Origin: Octopus bimaculoides
Lineage: Eukaryota
Reading direction: 5' to 3'
Length of the DNA stretch: 64,000 bases
Assembly (NCBI RefSeq): GCF_001194135.2
Contig: NC_068983.1
Span: 56,203,098-56,267,097 of the forward strand
In this document: positions 26,160 through 38,215 of the stretch, piece by piece
Layout of the letters: each line of letters opens with the position of its first letter
How positions within the stretch are numbered: position 1 is the first letter of the stretch
The notes under the pieces: generated by a model
The model's input: only the letters and a program-made list of their open reading frames with translations
What the model was told of the DNA's origin: nothing
The model's database searches: none
Made by a program: the position numbers and the translations under genes

Positions 26160-26300
26160 GTGGAGGCACGTGGTTTAGTGGCTTAGGTGTTGCACTCTCG
26201 ACCGCTAGATCGTGAGTTCGATTCTCGTAGCGAGCTGCGTGTTGTGTTCTTGAGTAATACACTTCATTTCACGGTGCTCCAGTCCACTCTATGTAAATGG
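26160..26300 (+). mobile_element. SINE-D head and core
   Basis: GTGGAGGCACGTGGTTTAGTGG...GAGTTCGATTC...TTCTTGAGTAATACACTTCATTTCACGGTGCTCCAGTCCACTC. Confidence 0.8.
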
Positions 26301-26706
26301 GTGGCGGCGTCATTCGAAAGCTAAAATCAATGCAAAGCGATGCATAACATCCGACAGTCTGATTAATCACGTGATATTTCCATTACTGAGTAATGTCTCC
26401 CTGTATGCACTTGTGGCTGCTGTCGATTTTGAACACCAGGTCAATTCTAATTGAATAGGCTATGATTTCAAGTATTTCAGCTATACTCATCCAGTATTCT
26501 TTAGATGTATGTAGAACTACCGTATCTAATGGGTCCAGTTTTTGTATAAGATGTTAGGGTGCGATCTAAAGGAAATTTAGCTGCTATTTCTATTTCGAAA
26601 TGCCCTTAATTTCTACTGGCAGTCACAATAAAGATGATCAAGGTGAACTTGGATAACATATAACAACTGCTGTAGCTCTGCATTTGCGTTGCACAGTATT
26701 TTGGCT

Positions 26707-27117
26707 TCTTTTACTCTTTTACTCTTTTACTTGTTTCAGTCATTTGACTGCGGCCATGCTAGAGCACCGCCTTTAGTCGAGCAAATCGACCCCAGAACTT
26801 ATTCTTTGTAAGCCTAGTACTTACTCTATCGGTCTTTTTTGCTGAACCGCTAAGTTACGGGGACGTAAACACACCAGCATCGGTTGTCAAGCGATGTTGG
26901 GGGGAACAAACACAAACACACAAACACACACATATATAAATACATATACATATATACGACGGACTTCTTTCATTTTTGCGTCTACCAAATCCACTCACAA
27001 GGCTTTGGTCGGTCCGAGGCTATAGTAGAAGACACTTGCGCAAGATGCCTCGCAGTGGGACTGAACCCGGAATCATGTGGTTAGTAAGCAAGCTACTTAC
27101 CACATAGCCACTCCTAT
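26707..27117 (-). mobile_element. SINE-A, full length
   Basis: Near-consensus copy with (TACTCTTT)n tail. Confidence 0.93.
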
Positions 27118-28589
27118 AATTGTAGCAGTTCTACTCTATTTGGACGTATTTTTTTGTATCTAATATCGAACGAAACGTAAAGTGCTTTTACAGTGATGTT
27201 ATAAATGTTATTTGGATGTTTGAAGGTGATTTTACATATAAAGAGATTAATTGTATGACTTTGTATTTACTGCATCAACAAATCATTTAAGTATAAAGCT
27301 TATACGTTCAGGCGGCTTTTTATTTCAAATATTTCATTGTGTAGATACAATCGACAGTTGTTGTTCATGTGCAACCTGTTACTATGTGTGCTGCTGTGCA
27401 TCCTTCGTAGTCTGATGTCATTTGTCAAAGATGAATTAGAGTTTCCAGCAAGATGGAGTGGTAGGAGCACAGTGATGACATACGGCCCAGGTCTGATTAT
27501 AGCCGATTTCTTTCATAAAGTGAGACAGATAGAAAGGAAGGAAAGAAAGCCAGGAGAAGAAAGAAACTTAGTAGACGACTGGTACTTTATCTATCGACTC
27601 TGAAAGGATGAAAGACTAAATCTCTAAGTTTAAATTCTCGATAGGATTTGAACTCAGAGCGCTGATAACCAGAACGATTATCGCAAAGCAATCTATCCAA
27701 CGTTCCAAAAACCTTTGGCTGTTGCCTGTCTTAGAACTTGAATATTCCATAATGGATTTCATATGTTATTTGTGTTGGGTAGATGTTTATAATGTGAGAC
27801 TTCTTTCTATATTTCTGAGCTTTACTAATTTTTTTTTTACTCTGTCTGGTATGAAATTTGAGGAGGCGCTGTAGACCACTCCGGGATTTTCTTTTATTTT
27901 CTACCACCAGCACATATAGTCATCCATTTATCTTGTCGTGTCTGAATTTTGGTGTTGAATGACGTTCTTTAGGTGATAATAAGCTGGAAAGTTTCTCTTG
28001 TTAGGTTTTTCTCTGATAAAATGCTATTAGGCGTTCTTAGTTTTTCTGTTGTCTTCTTATTTAATTATGTAAAGCTTTAGATTTTTTATGTCGTTTTCTA
28101 CCATCTTCGTTTTTAGAATAAATCTTCACATATTCGAAAGTAACGGGTTCGGATGGATTGAAAGCCCCTAGCAATGAATGTTTGCGTTATATCAACGAGA
28201 GAAGGAAAAAAAAATTCTAAACGTTCGTCACTTTAAGCAGACCACAGTTCATCCAACATATGACCATACGTATAGAAGACATGATTAATTGATACCATAT
28301 AGCACTTTATTATATTCGTATACAATCTAATCTATCTTCTTAGCTAAAGGTGATAGAATGAGGCAGAAGAAAAGTAGTGAAAAGAAAACTCTTCACGAAA
28401 GATACCATTCCTGACAAGAATTAATTTCGTTTCCTCAGTTCCTTGTTTTGTTTAGATTCGTATTACTCTCTTCGATTTGAACATAACCCAATACATTTCT
28501 TTCTTGCTTCCAACACTATCTTAACCATGGCTAGCATTTCCTTCGGCCTCGGATGGGGATTACCGTCAGAACCATATGGTGGTGGATGA

Positions 28590-28775
28590 CAAAAGCAGAC
28601 ACACGCACAGATCTGCACATACGATGGGCTTCTTTCAGTTTCTGTCTACCAAATCCACCCACAACGATCTAGTCGGCTCAAGGCTATAGCAGAAGACATT
28701 TGTCCAAGGTGCCATGCAGTGGTACTGAACCCAGAACGATGTGGTTGCGAAGCTCCTTACCACAAGCCATGCCTG
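28590..28775 (-). mobile_element. SINE-A 5' half
   Basis: GGGCTTCTTTCAGTTTCTGTCTACCAAATCCAC...CTTACCACAAGCCA. Confidence 0.8.
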
Positions 28776-28959
28776 ATTATTTATCATTTGTAATTAAGTT
28801 GTTGTTACGGTATTATATTATCTCATAGGCAAGTTGGAATCAAGGTGTAGTGTTTGAGGTCTGATGTTTATTAAAGCGAGCGAGTAGAATGCTATTTTCC
28901 TTAGTGAAGTAATTTAGCTGCTCTTTCTGTTTCTACAGAAACAACAGCTTAATACTTCA

Positions 28960-29760
28960 AAGCACTGCGTGAGTGTCTCTTTTGTTTTCACCTAGTTGTT
29001 GGCAATATCTTTTCGGGTCGGAGATAAACTGTTTGTTTTCTTAAAAATACCTTTGAAGCTTTTCATAATGATGGATTCTTTGAGATATGAAGAGAATCTC
29101 TTGTCTTAGGCCGTCTTTGATATTAGATATTCCCATTTTTGTTTCTTATTTCATATGTCAGTCTTGTTTGTCATTCTATTTTGTTTTTACAGTTTTCTTT
29201 GTTGATTTCATTAAGGATTGAACCATTTTATTTTATTTCATTTTCTACCACTCTTTGAATATTGGTTTTTCCACGTTGTTTGGTTTTGTTTAGATGTTGC
29301 TATACTTGAGAAGGCATCAACTATCTGCTGTGATGACTGGTTGTTGCATAGATTCGTTGGTTTATTCGTATGATATTGATGTTTACATCCGTTTCTAGTA
29401 TGCCTGTGGTAACCCAGTATGTTTGTGCATTTCTATTTTTGTTGCTACTTTAACTTCATGTCTTACATTTTGTAGGGACTTTTGTTGGTCCGTAGGAAGA
29501 TCTATCGATTTTAAATGAACTGTTTACACTTTGAGATTGTCGTCATATTGAAAATTTTCAACAATAGATCTTCATATCCTCAGATCTTTTTCATATTCAA
29601 AAGTGTTCACACATCCGTTGGTGTAGAACTGGTTCAAGTTTATTGGTCGATATTCTTTGCCGTTTATTAATTCTTTTGAAGGTTTGGCTCACTTTAGGTT
29701 TATCATAGTCTTTTATGTGTTCAATTTTTGAAGTTCTAATCGTTTAAATCTTGACGTTTT
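28960..29760 (-). mobile_element. Very old Dong-type LINE N-terminal remnant
   Basis: INQRIYA and LRQEILFISQRIHHYEKLQRYF*ENKQF resemble the pre-RT Dong segment; a parallel piece lies at 27730-28110. Confidence 0.45.
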
Positions 29761-30139
29761 TTAAATAGTTGTTTGTATCTTCCTAGTATATACATTCTTT
29801 TAAAGTATTCCATTTATATATATATCATATCATTTCGGATTGAAGTATATCTCTTATTTATTCAGCTTAACTATTGCCGTTCCAAATTCTTCAAGGTATT
29901 ATTTTCTCTACACATTATACACTCATGTTATAGAAGTCTCCCTTTGCGCGTAGAGCGTAAATAACATATGTATGTAGAATGGAAACATCCTTCGCGAGAC
30001 AAGTTCTCTCTTTATATTTTATTTGCTTATTTGGAGGAAAAACATTTGGCGAAATTTTTATTTACAATAACAATAAACGAAGCATTAACCCAAATACGTT
30101 TATATTAGTATTTACCACACATGAAAATCATTATTATCA

Positions 30140-30335
30140 TAAGCATGCCCGGCAAAATGCTTAGCAGCATTTTGTCCGTCTTTACGTTCCGAGTTCAAAT
30201 TCTGCCGAGGTTGACTTTGCTTTTCATCATTTCAATGTCAATGAATTAAATACCAGTTGAGCACTGGGGGTCGATGTAATCGATTTACCTTCCCCCACCC
30301 CCAAGTTGCTGGCCTTGAATCAAAAATCGAAACGA
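30140..30335 (+). mobile_element. SINE-B monomer
   Basis: AGCATGCCCGGCAAAATGCTTAGC...GAGTTCAAATTCTGCCGAGGTTGACTTTGC. Confidence 0.82.
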
Positions 30336-30347
30336 TAATTATTATCA

Positions 30348-30747
30348 TTGAATGAGAGAGCAGTACACGCCATCAAAGTGACGCTGGGGTGCAAATGTAT
30401 GAAGCCCAATTGATCCCTCAAAAGGCCCTTGGATAAGGGTTCTTAAAGGATGATGAACAAAACACCCTTGTTTCCTGGGGTGAATTATTCAAACCTCAAA
30501 GAATCCCTCTCAACACATTGCAATGATGCTATCCCACAATTCCTGCTCGTAATCACAACGGCACATATGATCAGTCACTAAGGGACATGCTCAACTGGTT
30601 ATGGTCAAGGAACTGACAGGCAAATCTGTAGTATTGAGCTGTATCCCATCCTTCACACCAAGGCAAAAACATGTACATGTTAACACTTCTAATCAGTTAA
30701 GATCAGAAATCATGAGAGACACTGCCTGGTATTGCATCTAGGCATTT
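30348..30747 (-). mobile_element. Non-coding retroposon family E
   Basis: Matches 53195-53685 and 34368-34415; flanked by TAA-type tracts; no ORF and no Pol III boxes seen. Confidence 0.75.
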
Positions 30748-32480
30748 ATTACTATTATTATTATTATGAAAGACTCTCGGATAGTTCTTAATTACCGGTT
30801 GTTCTTTACTTGAAAGCAGTCAACAACAACAAATCACCAAAGGTTTCAAGTAGTGCCTTCTTCTCCTCTGACTCAAAGAGACAACAATCTCCTTAAAATG
30901 CGAGCTGTACTCAACAATGCTGTCTTCCGCATCGCCTCGGGTCTGACAGCAGCTTCAATATTCTTAATATGTTTATCAAAGCCCTTGGAAACTGCTCCTA
31001 ATGCTCCAATTACCAACAGTATCCCCATTACTTTCCTCATGCCTCATAACTTTCCTATCTCATCCTGCAGTGGCTGGTATTTCTCAATCTTTTCTGTTTC
31101 CTTACATTCTGTTTCCTTACATTCCACCCTCGAATCACCTGGTATTGTAACATCTATTATCTTTACTTCTTTTTCAGCTTTATGGATGAGCACGATATCT
31201 GGTCGTTTCGCCTCTATGACTTGGACGCACTATATGTTAAAATACCAGAGTATTTTGTAATGTTCGTTTTCCATTACTCCCTCTGGCTTGTGTTCATACC
31301 GTTGTTCGGCTCTCTCGAGGTTTGCTTTACCGCACAACAGCCAGTGGACATATCTGGCCACATTGTCGTGTCTCCTTTTATATTCGCATTGTGCGAGCTT
31401 ACAGCATTCACTAAAAATATGGTTTATACTTTCTCCCTTCTCAGCACACATCCTACACTGTGGCAATTCAGTGCTTTTATCAATGTAATATTCGGAGTAG
31501 TTTGTTCTGAGAGCTTGTTCTTGAGCGCTGCACACTAATGCCTCAGTGAGCCCTTTAAAGTCCCCTTTCTGCAGCCATTGCCTGGTTCTGTTCCAATCAC
31601 TCTCATCTTTATTGTTCAAGAACTGACTGTGCATTTTCTTGTCCTGCCAAATTTTCTTCATCTGCTCTCTCTTGTCTTTCTTAAATTGTGTTGGATCTAC
31701 AGCTTCATTCTCTTTTAAGGTTCCCTGCATTTTCACTGCTCCAATCATTTCTTCTTCACTCCCCTTGACATACCAAGCCAGGCTATTCTCCTCTTCCCTT
31801 ACACAACTTTCACAACACACTAATCCCCCTCCTCCTTCCTTCTTCTTTACATACAATCTTGACACGTCACTCTTGGGTGTAGTTCCTTGTTCCTTGTCAT
31901 TAATTTATGTGTTCTCCAGTGTATCTTTTGCAATTCATTCTTCTTCCAAGATACTATTTCTGCCCCATATTTCATCAAAGCCACAGCCAGGTGTTAATTG
32001 CTCTAATCTTATAGCGCCCATTTAGATTCGACTGGAGCACAAGCCAAGTTTTCAAATACTCTTTCCTGTACACTTCTTTCATTTCATTTTATCTCTTTCA
32101 ATGATACCCAGGTACTTATATCCTTCCTCTTCGACTTCCTTTGTAGTTTCACCACTCACCAGCTTGATATCACGGCTTTTATTGATTTTCCCCCTTTTGA
32201 GAATCATTACACCACGTTTTTCGATCCCAAATTCCATGCCAATATCTTTGCTAATCTTCTGCACAGTTGCTATCAAACTCTTAATTTCTTTCTCAGTCTT
32301 AGCGAATAACTTTAGGTCATCCATAAACCACAGGTTGTTTACTTTCACCCTGCCTAGCATGTATCATACACGCATCTTTCTTAAAACACTCGTTAGGGGC
32401 AGTATGCAGACAACGAATAGAAGAGGTGACAGAATGTCTCCTTGAAAGATGCCTCTTTTGATATTTACCTCTTCCAGCTT
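30748..32480 (-). pseudogene. 5'-truncated R4/Dong-type LINE (RT C-half, CCHC knuckle, restriction-like endonuclease)
   Basis: RGIFQGDILSPLLFV, LWFMDDLKLFA, YKYLGI, GGGGL, CRMCAEKGESINHIFSEC, RRHDNVA, KRPDIV..IIDVTIPGD, IGALGAV; (TAA)n tail at 30748-30768; several disruptions. Confidence 0.95.
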
Positions 32481-32496
32481 ATCATCATCATCATCA

Positions 32497-32556
<60 letters not shown>
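32481..32556. repeat. (TCA)n(TTA)n microsatellite
   Basis: Directly visible between the LINE and the Penelope-like element. Confidence 0.97.
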
Positions 32557-32592
32557 GTCAAAACGAAGAGTGCGATTTTAGATGTTTTATTT

Positions 32593-32637
32593 TTTGAACA
32601 ACATTTCGACAGAACGTCTGTCTTTCTCAAGTTCAAA
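32593..32637 (-). ncRNA. Minimal type I hammerhead ribozyme motif (U3:A8 variant; stem III AUGU)
   Basis: Minus strand UUUGAAC-UUGAGAA-A-GACAG(ACGUU)CUGUC-GAA-AUGU-U-GUUCAAA. Confidence 0.65.
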
Positions 32638-32816
32638 CCAAAAGGTGATTGAAAATTCAAAATTTCAGAAACCAAACGTAAACTATGAACGTGAGTAACC
32701 AGCGTCCATACGTTGATAGAATGACATCATCAGTTTTTGTCAGTTTTTTAATAAGCAGAAAGAAAGAAAGAAAAAGGAAGATGACAGAAAAAGAAAAGAA
32801 AAAGAAAGAAGAATAT

Positions 32817-33974
32817 TCAATCAAACACTTTTGTATAAATTTGATGATATTCTCCTGTCATCTTATTCATTCCTCCAGGGCGTGATGTCAATAACCCGCA
32901 AATATATTTCTCCTCATACATTCTGAGAAGTGAAAGTGGGGTACATTCAGGATATTTTTTGAGAATGTGCACTTTCAAATCTTCTTCAAAATTGCAGCCG
33001 CTTGAAACGAAATGTTCAGCAAGTTCTGTTGAACTACTGTTCTTGTGCCTGACATCGAATCTGTGCCCATTAAACCTTTTGTTTAATTGTTCCGTTGTAC
33101 AACCAACATAAATCAAGTTATGTTTCGTGCATTCTGTACCGTACGCTAAATGGAATCTTTGCAGGTTCCCCCTTCTGTATAAATCATAACATTTCTATCA
33201 TGATTTTTGATGGTATTCACTTTACTCATGTTGTTGCACAATGAACAGGGCTTACCTCTCTTGCGGTTGTTTTTTAAGGTACAGCGTGTAAATACTCCAA
33301 CGTTCGTTTTCTTGGAATCAGAAATAGAGGTCAATAATTCTTTTATGTTCTTATTCCGTTGAAAGGCTACAATGGGCGGCTGAGGAAATATCTGTTTGAA
33401 ACTGGGATATTTTTTCGCCACATGTTGGTAACTTTCATGCAACACTTTTGAAATGCCAGCGAAACGTCGGTGCCAGTTAATCACTAAAGGAATTCTGTAA
33501 TCTGTTGTATTTTGTTTGCTAAGATTAGGCGTGTAGGTTTGACTATCTTTGCTAATCTTTGCTATTTCCTTTAAACGTGATTCACTATAACCTCGTTTGA
33601 CATAATGACATACAAAAGCATTTGCATGTTTCCAGTAATCCCCTATGTCAGTGCAAATCCGTTTTATCCTCAAAAATTGGGATTTCGGATTTGACCGAAT
33701 AAGATGATGTGGATGATCTGAGCGGCGGTGGAGATATATGTGGGATGATGTTGGCTTGCAAAATAACTCTGTCACTATTCTGCCTCCAGAAAACTTGACT
33801 TTTGTGTCCAAAAATTCAACGCTAGTTTTTGAAAAACTAGACGTAAATTTTATGTTGGACTTAAAGCCATAGTTTCTAGTAAAACAATCACAGAAATGCA
33901 AGAAGTCCATTAAACTATCCTGTGATCCTTCCCAGACAAAAAATACGTCGTCAATGAACCGTAACCAGAGTATT
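32817..33974 (-). pseudogene. Penelope-like RT/GIY-YIG ORF with a single frameshift
   Basis: ORF-track frames 33146..34162 and 32817..33116 join if one base is added near 33150 (GATTCCATTTAG to GAT TCC AAT TTA GCG TAC). Confidence 0.88.
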
Positions 33975-34209
33975 NNNNNNNNNNNNNNNNNNNNNNNNNN
34001 NNNNNNNNNNNNNNNNNNNNNNNNNNNNNNNNNNNNNNNNNNNNNNNNNNNNNNNNNNNNNNNNNNNNNNNNNNNNNNNNNNNNNNNNNNNNNNNNNNNN
34101 NNNNNNNNNNNNNNNNNNNNNNNNNNNNNATCAACGTATGGACGCTGGTTACTCACGTTCATAGTTTACGTTTGGTTTCTGAAATTTTGAATTTTCAATC
34201 ACCTTTTGG

Positions 34210-34254
34210 TTTGAACTTGAGAAAGACAGACGTTCTGTCGAAATATTGTTCAAA
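34210..34254 (+). ncRNA. Minimal type I hammerhead ribozyme motif (U3:A8 variant; palindromic stem III AUAU)
   Basis: Stem I TTTGAAC/GTTCAAA, core TTGAGAA+A, stem II GACAG/CTGTC, GAAATATT; AATAAA at 34256-34261. Confidence 0.72.
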
Positions 34255-37114
34255 AAATAAAACATCTAAAATCGCGCTCTTCGTTTTGGCTATTTACCTT
34301 CGTGAAGAGTTACGTCAATCCTTTTTTAAAAAATATTATTATTATTGTTATTTTATTATTATTATTGTTATGAGAGAGCAGTGCATGCCATCAAAGTGAC
34401 ACTGGGGTAAAATATACGAAGCCCATAGATTGATAGATAGGTAGATAGATAGAGAGATAGATAAATAGATGGACAGGTTCAAACATTCAGAAAGACGGAA
34501 TACTATTTCACTATCTCAATTTTGTCTAAGTATAAATGTCGTTAAAATAAGTAATTGTAAGCGTGATCGTTCAAGCAAAACTCAATCCCCACTATATTTG
34601 TGATTGTAAAATGTGACAACTTTGTCTCTCGGAGAAGCGTTACATTCTGTTCGAACCTTTGGCAATGTTGAATATATTATAGGAATTAGTAAATCTCTGC
34701 ATATACAGCAACCAGTATTTATAGAAAAAAATGAAACCAGTAAATGAGTAACATATTTAGTCTTATACTCAATGGATCTGTCATACCTTGAAAATGCCGT
34801 ATTGAAAACGATCTTCTTCATTAATACTAAACCTGTTAAACTAAAGTCGGTGTATCTGTTACGCGCTCTGCGTGCTGTGGTGAATAGATGAATATATAAT
34901 ATTTTCTAACGTTTATTTCTGTAATATATTAAAATGTTCATGTACTGTGTAAGTATTTCCATGTGTTTATGATTTTCCTCTTCCCATGTACCATACCTTA
35001 TCATAAACGTTTGAACAAACGGCAGAATTCTGATTTAGGAAGCTTTAGCATCCAGCAAAAGGATACAGATATATAATTTATACTAGTAATACATTTTTTA
35101 TACCTAGTCTGTAGTTAATAAATATATGTCTTGCTCTCTCTCTCTCTCTCTCTCTACCCCCTCTCTCTCTATACATACATACATACATGTGCATCGTTGG
35201 CGATTTTCTTTCTCTGTCTTCCCTTCTTTGGACTTTTCCTATATTTCTGACGAAGTGCTCCGCTCGATACGTGAAATCCTCTTTCTTTTCTTTCCTTTCC
35301 TGAGCATCCAATAACACTGTGCTTATTCCACGTCCTCGCGCTGTTGATTTTTCGTGTTTTTTCTTGCTTGTTCATGTTTGAATCGTATATATATATATAT
35401 GTAGATTCATTTGAAGTGTGAATGCCTCTTTACTTTCGGATTTGAGAGCCGAAAGTAAATTTTTATTGAGTCNNNNNNNNNNNNNNNNNNNNNNNNNNNN
35501 NNNNNNNNNNNNNNNNNNNNNNNNNNNNNNNNNNNNNNNNNNNNNNNNNNNNNNNNNNNNNNNNNNNNNNNNNNNNNNNNNNNNNNNNNNNNNNNNNNNN
35601 NNNNNNNNNNNNNNNNNNNNNNNNNNNNNNNNNNNNNNNNNNNNNNNNNNNNNNNNNNNNNNNNNNNNNNNNNNNNNNNNNNNNNNNNNNNNNNNNNNNN
35701 NNNNNNNNNNNNNNNNNNNNNNNNNNNNNNNNNNNNNNNNNNNNNNNNNNNNNNNNNNNNNNNNNNNNNNNNNNNNNNNNNNNNNNNNNNNNNNNNNNNN
35801 NNNNNNNNNNNNNNNNNNNNNNNNNNNNNNNNNNNNNNNNNNNNNNNNNNNNNNNNNNNNNNNNNNNNNNNNNNNNNNNNNNNNNNNNNNNNNNNNNNNN
35901 NNNNNNNNNNNNNNNNNNNNNNNNNNNNNNNNNNNNNNNNNNNNNNNNNNNNNNNNNNNNNNNNNNNNNNNNNNNNNNNNNNNNNNNNNNNNNNNNNNNN
36001 NNNTACATATACCAATATGGCTATATACATACACATAAACACCTCCCTCTTCCGACATCTACCTACATACACGAACACAATTATATATATGGATTTATTT
36101 CTGTGTGAGAATAGCATTAGAATAATTCTTGCATCGAAATAAGAACAAAGACAACAAGAACAAGAACAACAACAATAACAACAAAAAACCCCAAAAATAA
36201 TAAAGAAAATTTTGAGGTAATTCTGTACATTTTGAATTATGCAATTTATTTTACTCCTTCACCCGTAAAATACATTTTATATGAGTTTTCTTTAACAATG
36301 CCAAATAGCACTCACGCTTTTAAGGATGAAAAATAAAGTTAATATTCATACCGAAGGCAGAGCAGTTCATAAATATGATTAACAATTTTAGCTTAAAAAT
36401 ATAGTCAATAAAATACTATAGCAGCTTCACGCATCATTGAAGCTGCAAGTATCGAAAAATGAGGTTAAACTAATTACCGCCACCGTTTCCTAACTGAATG
36501 GACAAAAAGCTGTGTTTCCGGTTTTTATGTAGACAAACACTATGAAATTTTATTTTGATTTCTTTTTTATGTTCTATGCGTGTTTAGTATTTATTGAAAT
36601 TGTTTATTGTATTATATTTCATCATCACATTATTTTTATTTTCAATAGTAATATTTCAGCAGAATATGCACAATGCAGCATTTTCTTTTGTTGTTAGTGT
36701 TGCTGTTAATACTATTATTGTTGTTATGTTCGTTCGTTCGTTCGTTCGTTCTTTTCCCGTGCAGTCATGTGTTAAAAGTCACTTTATTCATTTTGGTGAG
36801 TAAATATGGATAACTACGGTGAGTTAATGTTTCATTTAATTTTGGACAGATGAGTAAGCATTAAACTGCTTTTCAAACAAAGGATGAAGTAAAAGTGTAA
36901 CAAAATCAAGCTAAATTGCTCGGAAAGAGGTAAATAAATAAACATAAAATATCAGATATAAATAAAATCAACTATAAAACTAATAATTGGCAGTGAATAT
37001 ATATATTTTTATATATTTATCCAGAAATCACCAACCTCCACTTCGCCCATGCCGAGCTGAAAGATTTCATTGTAACCGAAAACAAGAAGCATGCAAAAAT
37101 CTCTACAATCTTTA

Positions 37115-37117
<3 letters not shown>

Positions 37118-37195
<78 letters not shown>

Positions 37196-37292
37196 GTATG
37201 CGTGTGTGTGTGTGTGCGTGTGTGCGTACGTGCATGTGCATGTGTGTTTGCGTATTTGCATATACATATATTCTTATTTACATATACACTCG

Positions 37293-37374
<82 letters not shown>

Positions 37375-37375
37375 A
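37118..37375. repeat. (TG)n, (TATC)n, (TGTC)n microsatellites
   Basis: Directly visible. Confidence 0.97.
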
Positions 37376-37514
37376 TTTAACGAGTTGTATCTATTTATCT
37401 CCAGATGAGACACATCTGCACCGCCGGATGCTCCTGAACTAGTTGTTAAGTGTCGCACCTGTGAGGGATCGATGCTAGATGTTTTGAAACAATTGTCGTG
37501 GTTAATAACAATTC

Positions 37515-38215
37515 CCGTTTACTTTGATAAGGTTTCGGCCAGTATTGGCCCAGGCCATGTCTAACTTAATAGCACCACCTGACGAAGTTATTCAAATCAG
37601 GAATCAGACAACATGGCTCACTCCAGTAGAGAGTTATTGTTTACGGAGACATCCGGGTGTAGAAGGTTTATCCTGGATTTTTTGAACGAATTTATCCAAA
37701 AACTTCTTGAACTTTATGGGGTCGGTTTCTGCTTTAACGTGTTTTGGTGTAATGTTAAAGAGAGCGGGGCCAATTTGGGTGAAATAATTGTGCCATATTG
37801 TTGTTATATGATGCAAGTATGATTTATGTTGTGGGCAGAAAGCACGGAACCTAAGTCTTGGGTGTGTCTTAAAGGTGATGCCAACATCATTTGGGCAATG
37901 CTGATGGATATTTTACACATCAGGCAGATGATGTAGCGCTCACAGCGGTGTTGGAGAGAATAAAATCATCTATCTTCTTCTAATTGACTTTTGAGGTGCT
38001 TCAACTTTCATGATACTTTGTTTCGTGTGGGGAGACCACAGTGGACAACAGTATTCAAGGTGGGCAAATGTGGAGAAGAGAAGGATAATGGTTTGGATAT
38101 CTCTCGACTGGAAGGGTCTGAGAATCCAGGATCACATACTGCAGGCCATGTCAACTTAGCTATTTATATGAGCTTTTCCCAGTATCCACACTCGTATCAG
38201 CGACAATCACCTTTA
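37515..38215 (-). mobile_element. CR1/L2-type LINE 3' fragment
   Basis: AHLEYCCPLWSPHTKQSIMKVEAPQ and HNYFTQIGPALFNITPKHVKAETDPIKFKKFLDKF. Confidence 0.85.

Larger units (their letters stand above)
32555..34292 (-). mobile_element. Penelope-like retroelement, 5'-truncated, with inverted pseudo-LTRs
   Basis: RT WLRFIDDVFFVW, thumb FLDTKV..LFCKPT, Cys linker CTLKNNRKRGKPCSLC, GIY-YIG (NLAYGTECTKHNL)IYVGCTTEQLNKRFNGH...EEKYI; 163-bp inverted repeats at 32555-32717 and 34130-34292. Confidence 0.93.

Noticed and set aside
30348-30747. HDV-like or twister ribozyme in family E
   Set aside because: The required nested pseudoknot pairings could not be built by eye
32364-32675. ORF joining MVSEILNFQ, poly-N/D and KRGIFQGD
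   Set aside because: Chance read-through from the pLTR across the microsatellite into the Dong LINE; three unrelated pieces
32660-32735. CTGATGA and possible SECIS-like AUGA..AA motif in the Penelope 3' UTR (minus strand)
   Set aside because: No GAAA with flanking stems for a second hammerhead, no closing GA quartet for a SECIS, and no in-frame TGA at a Cys position in the visible ORF
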